Positions 17,345 to 30,800 of a stretch of 64,000 nucleotides of DNA are shown one piece after another. The number at the start of each line of letters is the position of its first letter. The first letter of the stretch is position 1. Under the pieces are notes generated by a model. The model ran no database searches, had not been told where the DNA came from, and was given only the letters and a program-made list of their open reading frames with translations. Source of the DNA: the human T2T-CHM13v2.0 reference genome, Homo sapiens; the NCBI RefSeq assembly GCF_009914755.1, contig NC_060947.1. The stretch is one strand, 5' to 3'. Made by a program: the position numbers and the translations under genes.

Positions 17345-18465
17345 TTATCCATTTTTTGGTTAATTTTTATAAGGTGGTAGGTAATAATTCAATTTCATAC
17401 TTTTGCATGTGGTTATTCTATTCTCCCAGCATGATTTGTTAAAAAGACTGTCCTTTCTTTATTTAATGGTCTTGATAACCTTATCAAAAATCAATTGACC
17501 ATACATGTGTTTTTTTTTTTTCTGGACTCCTCTATTTTATTCAGTTGGTCTACATATATGTTCTTATTCCAAAAAACATATTGTTCAATTGCTGTACCTT
17601 TGCAGTAAGTTTTGAAGTAAGGAAGTCTGGGTCTTCCAACTTTAGTTTTCTTTTTCAAGATTATTTTGGCCACTTCGTGCCCCTTAAAACTGCACAAGAA
17701 TTGGAGGAATGGCTTTTCCAGTTCTGTGAAAAAAACCTGTTGACATTTTTTTAGGAATGTTGATGAATCTATAGATTACTTTGGGTAGTACTAAAGTCTA
17801 AACAATGCTAAGGCTTCCTATTCTTATTCATGTCATTCATTTATTTATATCTTTAATTTCTTTTCACATTGTTTTGTAGTTTTTAGCATACAAATCATTA
17901 TCCTTAGTTACATTTATTTCTAAGTTTTTAATTATTTAGATACTCTGGTAATAGAGTTAGTTTCTTAAATTCCTGTTTGGGTTGTTCATTCTTGGTATAT
18001 AGTAACACAATGGATTTTTGTGTGTTGATCTTGTAGCCTATAACTGCTCAATTTGTTTTTTAGCTCTAGTAGCTTTCTTGTGGAGGCTTTGGGATTTTTG
18101 TATATATAGAATCATGTTCTCTGTGAATAGGGATAGTTTTACTTCTTCCTTTCCAATTTGGATAGCTTTTATTTCTTTTTCTTTTCTAATAGCTCTGGCT
18201 AGAACTTCCAATGCAGTGTTGAATAGCAGGGGTGAAAGTGGGCATCCTTGTCTTGTTCTTAGGTGAAAGCTTTTCTTTATTCACCATTGAATATGATGTA
18301 AGTTGTGGATTTTTTATAAATACCATTTTTCATGTTGAGGAACTTTCTATCATTTGCTGTCTGAGTGCTTTTATCATGAAAGATATAGTTGATTTTTATT
18401 CAATTGCCCTTTCTGTGTTAATTGAGATAATCATTTGGGTTTTTTTCTTTATTTTATTATTGTGA

Positions 18466-18800
<335 letters not shown>

Positions 18801-19242
18801 ATTACATTGATTTTTCTAATGTCGTACTACCCTTGGATTTTTAAGAAAAATTCTGCTTAGCCATGGTGAATAATTCTTTCAATGTGCTGTTAGATTCTAT
18901 TTGCTAATATTTTGTTGAAGATTTTTGCATCATACTCATAAGGGATATTGTTCTGTAATTTTCTTTACTTGTGATGTCTTTACTTGGCCTTGGTATCAGG
19001 GTAACACTGGCCTTATAAAATGTGTTAGAAAGTATTTTCTCCTTTTCAATGTTTTTGGAAGCACTTGAGAAGAACTGGTATTACTAATTCTGTAAATGTT
19101 TGGTAGACTCGAATAGTCAAGCCAGAACTTTTAGTTTTGCGAAGGTGTTTGATCAACTTTTTAACTTGTTATAGGTCTATTGATATTTACTGTTTCTTCT
19201 TGAGTTAGTTTAGGTAATTTGTGTGTTTTGAAAAATCTGTTT

Positions 19243-19450
19243 TTCAGGACCAGGTTGGGCAACATAGAGAGACCTCATTTCTCTATATTTTTTTAAGCCA
19301 GGTGTGGTGCATGCCTGTATTCCTAGATGCTTGGGCAGCTGAGGCAGCAGGGTTGCTTGAGTCCAGGACTTCAAGGTTGCAGTGAGCTATTATTGTGCCA
19401 CTGAACTCCAGCCTAGGCAATAGAGCAAGACCCTCTATTAAAAAAAATAG
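19243..19450 (+). mobile_element. 5'-truncated AluJ-like element
   Basis: Right arm with ttgcagtgagctattattgtgccactg and an A tail. Confidence 0.75.
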
Positions 19451-22400
19451 ACCCTAACTAAAAAAGTAATAATAAATAAATTAATAAGTAAATTTGTTCA
19501 TTTTGTGTTATCTAATTTGTTTGTATATAATTGCTCATAGTATTATCTTGTAATCTGTAATCCTTTTTTGTCTCTGTAAGGTTGGTAGTAATGTCCTCAC
19601 TTTCATTTCTGATTTTAGTTATCTGTATCTTCTTCAGTCTAGCTAAAGGTTTGTCAATTTTGTTAATCTTTTTAAAGAACCAATTTTTGGTATTATTAAT
19701 TTTCTGTTATTTTTCTATTTTCTACATTGTCCTATCCTATTATCTACATTCTCTACATAGGTCATCTCTGCAAATATTTTTTCTTCTGCAAGTTTTGGGT
19801 TCATTTTGCTCTTCCTTTTCCTTAAGGTTTAAAGTTAGATAATTTATTTGAAATCTTCCCTTTTTTAATGAAGGTATTTGCAGCTATAAATTTTCCTTCT
19901 GAGCACCACTTTTACTGCATCCCATGAGTTTTGGTATGTTGTGCATTTATTTTCATTTGTCTTTAAGTGTTTTCTAATTTCTTTCGTAATTTATTCTTTG
20001 ATTCATTGGATGTTCAAAAGAATGTTGTTTAATTTCCGGTGAGATGTGCGATCTATCCTGGAGAATGCCCCATGTGCACTTGAGAATACTGGGTGTTCTG
20101 CTGTTATTGGATTAGTGTTCTGTATCTATATGTTAAGTATAGTTAGTTTATTGTGTTGTTCGAGCCCTCTAGTTCCTTACTTAGCTTTTGTCCGATTGTT
20201 CTATCCATTATTGAAAGTGGGGGTATTGAAATGTCCACCTCATTGTAGAGTTGTCCATCACTCCCTTCGATTATGACAATGTTTGCTTCATATATTTTGA
20301 AGGTTGGATATTAGGCTTGTAAATTTTTATAATATTTATGTATTCTTCGTATATCAAACTTTTAATTAAAATATAAGATTCTTTTTTTTCTCTCATAGGC
20401 TTGTTAGATGTAAAGTCTGTTTTGTCTGATAGTATTATAGCCACTAGCTATCTTTTGGTTATTATTTGTATGGAATATCTTTTTCCATCTCTTCATTTTC
20501 AATCTATTTGTGTCTTTAGATCTAAAGTGAATCTCTTATAGACAGCATATAATTGGGTCATTTTAAAAATCCATTTTGCTTATCTTTGCCTTTTGAATAA
20601 ACTACTTAATCCATTCACATTTAAAGCAATTACTGATGAGAAAGGACTTAGGTCTGCCATTTTGCTAGTTGTTTTCTGTATGTCTCATATAACATTGTTC
20701 CTCATTTTCTTCATTAGTGCTTTCTTGTGTGGTTTGTCAAATTTTTGTAGTGAAGTGTTTTGATTCCCCTCTCATTTTCTTTTGTGTATATTCTATAGAT
20801 TTTTTTTGTTATGGCTACCATTGGGATTACAATTAACATGCTAAGGTAATAGTAATTTAATTTAAATGTATACCAACTTAACTTCAACAGCATATAAAAA
20901 TTTTACTCCTAATCAGCTTCAAACACCTTTTTGAATTACTTGTATCACAAATTACATCTGTACACTGTATGCCCAATAACATAGGTTAATAATTGCTTTT
21001 ATGCATGTCTTTTAAATCACGCAGAAAATAAAAAGTGGAGTTACAAACCAAAATTATAATAATTCTAGCTTTTATAGCTGTCCATGCATTTACCTTTATT
21101 GAAAACCTTTATTTTTTCATATGGCTTTGATTTACTATCTAGTATCCTTTCATGGCAACCTGAAGATCATCCTTCAGCATTTCTTGCAGGGTAGGTTTAA
21201 TGGTAATATGCTCCCTTATCTTTTATTTATCTGAGAATGTCATAGTTTTTCCCTCATTTTTGAAAGACAATTTGTTGAGTATAGAACTCTCAATTGACAG
21301 GATTTTTTTCTTTCAGCATTTGTAATGTATCAACTCAGTGCCTTCTGGTTTCTAACATTTCTGGCGATAAATCTGCTGATAATCTTATTGAGGATTCCTT
21401 ATTTGCAACAAGATGCTTTTCTCTTTCTGATTCCAAGGTTCTGTCTTGACTTTCAACAGTTTGATTATAATGTGTCTCAGTGTGGGTCTCTTTCAGTTCA
21501 TTTTATTTGGATTTCATTGAGCCTCTTGGACATTTACAGTCATGTCTTTCATTAGATTTGGAAAGTGTTCAGCCATTATTTCTTCAAATATTCTTACTGT
21601 TTTATTCCCCTCTCCCTTCTTCTTCTGGGATTGACACAATAAATATGTTGGTCAGTTTCATGGTGTCCCACATGTTCCCTAGACTCTGTTTACTTTTCTT
21701 CTATCTTTTTTCTTCCTCTTCCCCAGACCTGAGTATTTCAATTGTCCTATTTCATATTTGATAATTCTTTGTCTGCCAGATTAAATCTTTTTTGAAGCAT
21801 CTAGTTTCTTTTTCATTTCAGTTATTAAAGTTCTTAGCTCCAGAATTTCCTTTTAGTTCCTTTTTATATTTTCTCTTTATTGATAGTCTCGTTTGGTTCA
21901 TACATTATTTTCCTGTATTTGTCCATGTCTTCCTTTAGCTCTTTAGGCATCTTTAAGACAGTTGTTTTAAGGTCTTTGTCTGGTAATCTCCCAGCTACTT
22001 TTCTTCAGGAGAGGTTTCTGCTCACTTATTTTGTTTCTTTAATTGAGTCATACATAGTTTCCTGTTTCTTCATATGCCCAGTGACTTTTTTTGTTAAAAA
22101 TTGGACATTTGCATTGTTATAATGTGGTAAATCTGGAAACTAGATTCCCCCTTTATTGAGAGTTTGCTGTTTATTATTATTTATTGTAGAATTTTTCTTT
22201 GCCAGGGATCAGCCTGAGGTGAAAAAATAAAGTCTTCTGAGGTATTTTCTGAATCTGTGTCTTTCCCTGGGCATATGCAGCGGTTTTGTAAACCCCTCCT
22301 GTATATTAAGTTGCTTTGAATATTCTAGTCCTTAAATGTCTTTCTCCCAAAAAAGGTGAAAATTGGAAAAGTAGAAGACACAAACAACAAAACCAAAAAA

Positions 22401-25400
22401 TAATCACCAAACAAAAGCAACGAAAAAGGAGCTGTCAATTTAAGTCTTTTGGAAGCTTCTTCAGCTCAAGAGGGATGAACCAATACATGTGGGGGATTAA
22501 ACAATAGCAGCCTGCCTCTGTGTCTGCACCAATGTGATCAGAAGCAGCAACCATCTATTAGAGCACAGATTCCTGATATTTGCAGGATAAAGCCCATATT
22601 GCTGACTCTGTCTGTCTGCAAAACCCTTTCCAGAATAAGGACATGGCTGCCTATCATGAGGCTGAGATGGGGAATGGGTAGTTGATACTGCTGATACTGC
22701 ATTAACGGCTGAAATTGATTGAAACTGATTACAATTTATCATCCAGCTTTTCCCTTGATGCTGAAATTGTTTGGATAGAATCCAGAGTTCCAAAATAGAC
22801 ACTTCATAAGTTTTGATCCTACAGTTCTTGTCTAGGTGGAGAGACAGATTTCTGATGCTTCTTAATCTGCATTCTTGCATCTTTCCTGATGTCATGTGTA
22901 TTTCTTTGCTTTTAACGATGTTGAATAATATTCCATTGTACAGGTAAACCATATTTTGCCTATTCATTCTTTAATTGATGGAGATTTGGATTGTTTTCAC
23001 TTCTTTGGCTATTATAAATTGTGCTGCCATAAAAATTGTTTACAAGTTTTTGTGTGGACATAAGTTTTCATTTCTCTTGATTATATATCTAGGAGTGGGA
23101 ATGCAAGGTCATGTAATTACTGTATGTTTAACTCTTTCAGGAATGACAGACTGTTTTCCACAGGGGTTATACCATTCTGCATTTCCACCAGTAATTTATA
23201 AAGGTTCCAGTTTCTCCATATCCTCACCAACTGTTGTTAATTTTTATTTTTTATTATAGACATCATAAGAGATATGAAGTGGCATTTCATTGTGATTTTA
23301 ATTTCTATTTTCCTAATGATTAATGATGTTGAGCAACTTTTAATGTGTTTATCAGACATTTGTATATCTTCTTTGGAGAAATGTCTACTTGTATCCTTAT
23401 GCATTTTTAAATTGTATTACTTGTCGTATATTGTTGACTTTTAAGAGTTATTTAGATGTTCTATATACCAGACACTGAGAGAAACGATTTACAAATATTT
23501 TCTCCCATTCAGTGGGTTGTCTTATAACTTTCTTGATTATATTCTTTGAAGTGTCAACTTTTTAATTTTGATAAAGTTTATCTGTTTTTTCTTGTGGTGG
23601 TTAAGCTTTTGGTGCCATACCTTTAAAAACTATTGCCTAATTCAAAGACATGAAAATGTGTAACTATGTTTTTTTCTAGGATTTTTGTCATTGAAGTACT
23701 TACATTTAGGTCTTTGATCCATTTTGAGTTATTTTTAGTATATGGTGTGCGGTGGGGGCCCAAACTTATTATTTGTCATGTGAATCTACTTTTTCCAGAC
23801 ATTTATTAGAAAGACTATTCTTTCCTCATGGAATGTTCTTGTCATCCTTATCACAAATCAATGGACTACAGATTACTGCTCTATTTATTATTACTAGTCA
23901 AAATATTTTTGTATTTAACCTGATACAGTTTATACTATTAATTTTAATAATATAGCAGCAAATGGTGAGAGCAAGATGGGTGACTGGAAGCTCCTAACAA
24001 TAAACAACAAAACAAAAATTTAAAAAAATATAAACAAAAGCAATGAATAAACAAGTACTTTTTGGATAAAATAACCAAAAAACAGCACAACAGAACAGCA
24101 TAAAAGCAAAGAAATTCTATAGAGCACAGAAACCCAGTATGGCTGAATGGAGAATGGAAGAAAGTGCCTTGCCTCCACCACTCTATTCCTCCAGTTGGGA
24201 TTATCTCAGAACCAGGAGAGACTGCATGGAAAAGGTAAGCAAGAGGACCCCAGGAGCCCCCATCACCAGAGCAGAACATGCAGTCTTTGTTACTGAAGAC
24301 TCCTGCAGTCATCACAGGCTTGATCACATCTGAGGAAGCTCCCCAAGGTCTACATACTGAGCTAATCCCAGAGGAAAAGCCAATGCTATGCCTCAACTCC
24401 CACCCCATGGCCCATGCTGCTACTACTCTGCACTATCTTGGAGCTGGAGCCACTACTAGAGTGACTCCATGGAGCGAACAGCTATTGCTTCTCTTTATTC
24501 CTGAAGCTCAGCCACTTCTGCACCATGCCCACCCAGCCCACCCAGTAGTGTGCTGTCATTGAGCTGAGCTGCTGCTATGCCCTACCCACTAGAGCCAAGC
24601 TACTGGAAAGCTGTTCCATCCCCCTCATCCCAGTTGCTGGTAAACCTTCTCTTAGGGCTGAGCTGAAGTGGCTCCCTATGCCCCAGGACCCAAAATCTAG
24701 ATGGACCATAGAAATCATGCCCTCTAAATGCCACAGCTGATGTAGCACCCTATGCCTCAGGTCCCTCAGGCTGCCTGCACACTGGAACAGTCATGCTCCC
24801 TTGGCACTACAGCTGAGATGTCACCCTGCCTCCAAGGGACCTCAGGCCTTCTGTGCACCAAAGCAGTGGTGCCCATAGCCTCAGAGCAGATGCAGCACCC
24901 CACCAGAGACCTCAGGCTCCCTGTACACCAGAGTAATTACTCCCTCTAGAACCACAACTGAGACAGTGCACTGCTCCCAGAGGACCTCACACCTCATGCA
25001 CACTGAGCAGTCACATTCTTTGACCCTACAGCTGAAGGAGTCCCATGCTCTCCACCCAAGGACATCAGGCCTCCAGCACACTGGAGCAGTTGTACCTCTC
25101 AGCACGACAGCTGATACAATGCCCCACCCTTAGTGATCCGAAGGCTACATTGACCTATGTAGCCACTTTCTGAGGCTGAGCAGACAAAGCGGCTTAAATC
25201 CCATTAAATCAGAACCTTGGCTGAGTTGAGCCACCCTGCCCTCCAGGCCATACATCCAGAGCATTTCACCCGCCTGGAATTCAAGCAGCACCCCGTGGTC
25301 TGAGCCGCTGTTACCCTTTCTCTCCAAGAAGTAGAGTCATCACTGCACTGTTCCCCCTCCCACTGAGGCCCAAGCCACATTGGCATCTTGCCATTCCTGG

Positions 25401-26802
25401 ATCCTTCTTGCTGCTGTACCTGGCCTCACAGATTCTAGCCTACTTTCATGTTCCACCATCCTAGAATTTAGAGTCACCCAGGAGCCTGAGCTACCACTGT
25501 GCCCTGTTGGTTCTAGGTTCCAAATTGCAGCTGTGTCCTGCTGGAGTACTCCTTCTTCTCGAGATCAATACCAGGGCCAGAAACACAACTATATCCAGTC
25601 CTCTGGGACTGAGCTGCTGGGATGTGCCTCAACAATAGACCACAAGTTAGTGAGAGAACCACAACTGGATATGCCTTAACGAATAAACCTGCATCTCAAA
25701 TCCCAGGTGGTATAGTAGTTTTGCATGACTCTGAGCCCAGGGACCTGGCTCCCCAGCCATTCCAAGCACTTGAGTCCTGAATCTCTGTTCTGTTGTGGCT
25801 GCTTGTAAGCCATGCCAAACTCAACCCCAAGAGAGATTCCCACAGCTAAAACTCTGCACTGTGAGGAAGACAAGAACAGAAGGACCCTAGAGCCCTTACT
25901 TAATAACTTAAACAGCCACCATCAGAGCTCCAAACTCCTGAAGCCTAGACCACTGAGGCACCCACAGTCATTGCTGATGACTAAAACTGAAGAAGCTACA
26001 TAGACACCACACCACTGCTCACATGAAACCAGAGCCAGCACAGCTTGCTCAACTGGCACCTTCAGGCCCATCTACAGTTAAAAGCCTTCTCCTATGAATG
26101 CCACTCTAAAATTTGAAAGATGTAACTGCATCATCAGAAACACAGACATCAACACAGGGACACAAAAAATATGAAAAAGCAAGGAAACGTAATATCACCA
26201 AAAGAATACAATAATTATTCAGTAAATGATCCCTAATAAACCAAAAATTATAAATTGCCTGAAAAAGAATTCAAATTAATAATCTTAAGAAAGCAAGATA
26301 AAAGAAAATACAAATAGACAATTCAATGAATTCAAGAAAATAACTCATAATCTGAATAATAAATTTAACAAAGAGAAAATATCATAAAAAAGAACCAAAC
26401 AGAAATCTTGGAGCTAAAAATTCAATCAACTAAATAAAAAAAAACATTATTGAAACCTTCAACATAGACTAGGTCAAGAAGAAAGAATCGGTGAAATTTT
26501 AATATAGGTCTTTTTAAATGACTCAGAAGGAAAAAAGAAAGAAAAAAATATTAAAGACAGGCTATAGGACTTATGACACACTATTAAGTGAACAAATATT
26601 TGCATTATGGTATTTCCATAAGGAAAGAAGACAGAGAAAGGGACAAACAGCTCATTCAATAAAATAATTCCTGAAAACGTCCTAAGTCTTGGGAGAGATA
26701 TGGACGTCCAGAATCAGGAAGCTCAAAACTCCCACAATAGATTCACCTCAATGAGGTTCTCTCCAAGTCACATTATAATCAAATTATCAAAATTCAAAGA
26801 CA

Positions 26803-27568
26803 TCACTAATCATTAGAGAAATACAAATCAAAATCACAGTGAGATACCATCTCACACCAGTCAGAATGGCTATTATTAAAAAGTAAAAACATAACAGATG
26901 CTGGTGAGGCTGTGAAGAAAAGGAAATGCTTATACACTGATGGTGGGAATGTAAATTAGTTCAGTCATTGTAGAAAGCAGTATGGCGATTTCTCAAAGAA
27001 CTTAAAACACAGTTACCATTCAGCCCCACAATCCAATTATTGGGTATATACCCAAAGGAATAGAAATCATTCTACCATAAAGACACACACACATACTTTA
27101 TTGCAGCACTATTCACAATAGCAAAGACATAAAATCAACCTAAATGCTTACCAGTGGCAGTCTGGATAAAGAAAATGTGGTACATACATACCATGGAATA
27201 CTATGCAACCATCAAAAAGAGTGAGATTATGTCCTTTGCAATAACACAGATGGAGTTGGAGGCCATTATCCTAAGTGAACTAATGCAAGAACAGAAAACC
27301 AAATATTGCATGTGTTTACTTATAAGTAGGAGCTAAAATATTGAGTACACATGGGCACAAAGAAGGGAACAACACACACTGAGGCCTATCAGAGGCTGGA
27401 CGGTGGGAGGAGGGAAAGGATTGAAAAACTGCCTATTGGGTACTATACTTACCATCACCATTACCTGGGTGATGAAATAATCTATACACCAAACACCCAT
27501 GACATGCAATTTACCTATATGACAAACCAGTACATGTACCCCTGAACCTAAAATAAGATTTTTTTTTT
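26803..27568 (+). mobile_element. 5'-truncated L1PA15/16-like 3' end
   Basis: ORF2 C-terminus plus 3' UTR. TSD aaaattcaaagaca / aaactcaaagaca. Confidence 0.75.
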
Positions 27569-27582
27569 AAACTCAAAGACAA

Positions 27583-27890
27583 GGCTAGGCATAGTAGCTT
27601 GTGCCTATAATTCCAGTACTTTGAGAGGCTGAGACTGGAAAATCGCTTGAGTCCAGGAGTTCAGGACTAGCCTTGGAAACATGGTGAAATCCCATCTTTA
27701 CAAAAAATACAAAAAAAAAAAAAAGTTGGGCATGGCAGAACTCTTGTGTAGTCCCAGCTATTCAGAAGGCTGAGGTAGGAGGATCACTTGAGCCTAGGAT
27801 GTTGAGGCTGCAGTGAGCCATGATTGTGCCACTGCACTACAGCCTGGGTGACACAGTAATACTATGTCAAAAAAAAAAAAAAAGAAAGAA
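27583..27890 (+). mobile_element. AluJ
   Basis: Diverged full dimer with gaggctgcagtgagccatgattgtgcc and an A tail. Confidence 0.85.
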
Positions 27891-30800
27891 AATCTTAAAA
27901 AGTAGCAAGAGAAAAGTATCAAATCACATATAAGGAAATGTCCATTAGACCATTGGGATATTCTTCACAGAAACCTTGTAGACAAGGAGAGAATGGGATG
28001 ATATACATAATGTGATGAAAGATTAAAAGTGCATCGAAGGATACTTTTTCCAGCAAAGCTGTCCTTCAGAAATGAAGGAAAAATAAAGTCTTTCATAGAC
28101 AAGCAGAAGCTGAGGTAATTTGTTACCACCAGACCTGCCTTGCAAAAAAATGTTTAAGAGAATTCTTCAAGTAGAAACAAAAGCTCAATAATTACTATCA
28201 TAAATAAATATGAACATATAAGACTCACTGGTGGAGGTAAATATGTAGTCAAACCCAGAATACACAAATACTGTAATGGTGGTATGTAAATCATATATAT
28301 CTCTAGTATGAATGTTAAAAGTCAAAATGGTCAAAATAAATAAGGCCATAATAAGTTGTTAAGGGATAAACAATAGAAAAAGATGAAAATTGTACATCAG
28401 TAATGTAAATTTGGGGAAGGATGGTAAAAGTCTAGAGTTTTTGTATGTGACAGAAGTTGTTATTAGATTAAAATAAATTATAAGATGTTTTATGTAAACC
28501 CCATGGTAACCATAAAACAAAAAATACAGCAGATATACAAATAATGAAGAGAAAGGGATCAAAGCTTAGAAATACAGAAAATGATTAAATCACAACAGCA
28601 GACAACAAGAAAGGAAGAAAAAAAGGAGGCATAAAACAGCCAGAAACCCAAAAACTGCAGTAATAAGTTCTTAACTATTGATGACGACTTTGAATGTAAA
28701 TAGATTAGATTGTCCAAGCAAAAGACAGACTGGCTGAATGGGTTAAAAATAAATAGGATCTAAGGGCAGAGCAAGATGGCCAAATAGAAGCCTCCACTAA
28801 TTGTCCCCTGCAGCAGGAAAACCAATCTTTACAACTAGCTACACACAAAAAAGCACCGCCATAAGTACCAAAAATCAGGTGACCAATTGCAGTACCTGGT
28901 TTTAAGTTTACATGACTGAAAGAGGCACTGAAGAGGGTAGAAGAGATAGTCTTGAATCACTAATGTCACCATCTGCCACCCCCCAGGAGCAGCCATGTGG
29001 TCCAGAGAGAATCTCTCCATGCGGGGGAAGGAGAGCACAGCAACAGAGGAACTTGGAATTGAACTCTGTGCTGCCCTGTAAAGTAGAGAGAAAGCAGTGC
29101 TGGGCTCAGCAGGTGCCCACTCATGGGGGTAGCATTTGAACCAGCCCATGACAGAGAGAAATCATCCATCCCAGCAGTTGGCATCGAGATGCTCTGGGAT
29201 ACTAGGTAAACGTGAAAGGCAGTCTAGGAGAAAAGAACTGCAATTCCAAAGCAAGTCCTATTGCTGGACTGGGCTTAGAGACAAAGGACTAAAGCAGCAC
29301 ATAACTTAGGGAGACACAGGCAGAGCAGCTAAGAAAGTGTTTTCACCACCTCTCTCTCAATCCCAGGCAGCGTAGCTCACAGCAACAAAAGTAACACCTT
29401 CCTTCTACTGAGGAGAGAAGTGGGAAAAGTAAGAGGACTTCTTGCTGCATCTTGGATACTAGCTCAGCCATAATAAGATAGGGCCCCAGGCAGAACTGTG
29501 ACAGCCTAGCTCCTGAACAACATTTCTTGACACATCCTGGGCCAGAAGAGAACATAGTTCCTTTTAAGGGATGATGCCGGTCCTGATAGAATTTATCACC
29601 TGCTGATTAATGGGTCTCTGGGCCCTGAATAGATAACAGCAATACCCAGGTCACATGTCATGGGCCATGGGTGAGACTCTGAGATGTGTTGGCTTCAGGT
29701 GAGACCCAGAACATTCCCAGCTGTGGTGGCTACAGTGAGAGACTCCTTCTGCTTGAGAAAAGCAGAGGTAAAAGTAAAGGGGACTTTGGCACCTTCGGTA
29801 TCAGCTCAGCCACAGTGAGGTAGAGCACCAAACAAGCTCTTGGGGTCCCCAGCTTCAGGCCTAGGCTTTTGGACAGCATTTCTGGACCTGTCCTGGGTCA
29901 GAGGGGAGCCCAATGCCCTGAAGGGTGAGTCTCAGGCCTGGCAGCATTCACCACAAACTGACTGAAGAGCCCTTGGGCTTTAAGTGGACATTGGAGGTGG
30001 TCAGGCAGAATTCCTCAGGAAGCAATGATGGTAGTGGCCACTGGGAGATACTTCTCAGCCTTTAGAAAAGGGAAAGAAAAACAATAAGGATGTTGACTTG
30101 TAATTTGAGCTTCAAGCTTAGCTTCAGTAGAATAGACCAGGAAGTAGATTTCTAAGGTTTTTGATTCCAATCCCTGGCTCTCAGACAAGATCTCTGGATC
30201 CACCAGAGGCCTGGCGGAACTTGGTGCTCTGAAGGGAGGAACACAAACATGGTTGGCTTCACCATCTGCTGATTGTACAGAGCGAGGGACTTGGGTGAAC
30301 ATAGGTGGTAGCCAGGTAGTGGTTACAGCAGGCCTTGTGTGAGACCAAGTGTTATACTGCTTAAGTTCTGACCCATTGCAGTCCCATTGGTGGTGGCCAA
30401 AGTGGTGCCTGCATCACCCCACCCACAGCTCCAGGTGAGTCAACATAGACAGAGTGGCTCAGTTTGTTTGGGAGAAAGTAAAGGAAGAGAACAAGAGTCT
30501 CTTCTTGGAAATCCAGAGAATTCTTTCAGATCTTATCCAAGACTACCAAAGTGGTACCTCTAAGAGACTGCAAGAAACACAGCGTCACTGGGCTTGGGGC
30601 ACAAGTCACTTTGAATATCTAGAAAATCTTTTCAAGAAAGATGGGTACAAGCAAGTCTAGACTGTGAAGACTGCAATAAATATGTAACTCTTCAATGCCC
30701 AGACACCAGTGAACATCCCCAAGCTTCAAGACCATTCCAGAAAACATGACCTCACCAAATGAACTAAATAAGTCACCAGGGACCAATCCTGAAGGAACAG

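Noticed and set aside
23944-26003. Cluster of 60-154 aa ORFs in GC-richer DNA
   Set aside because: They lie in an ancient L1 5' UTR, overlap on both strands, and show no recognisable domains.
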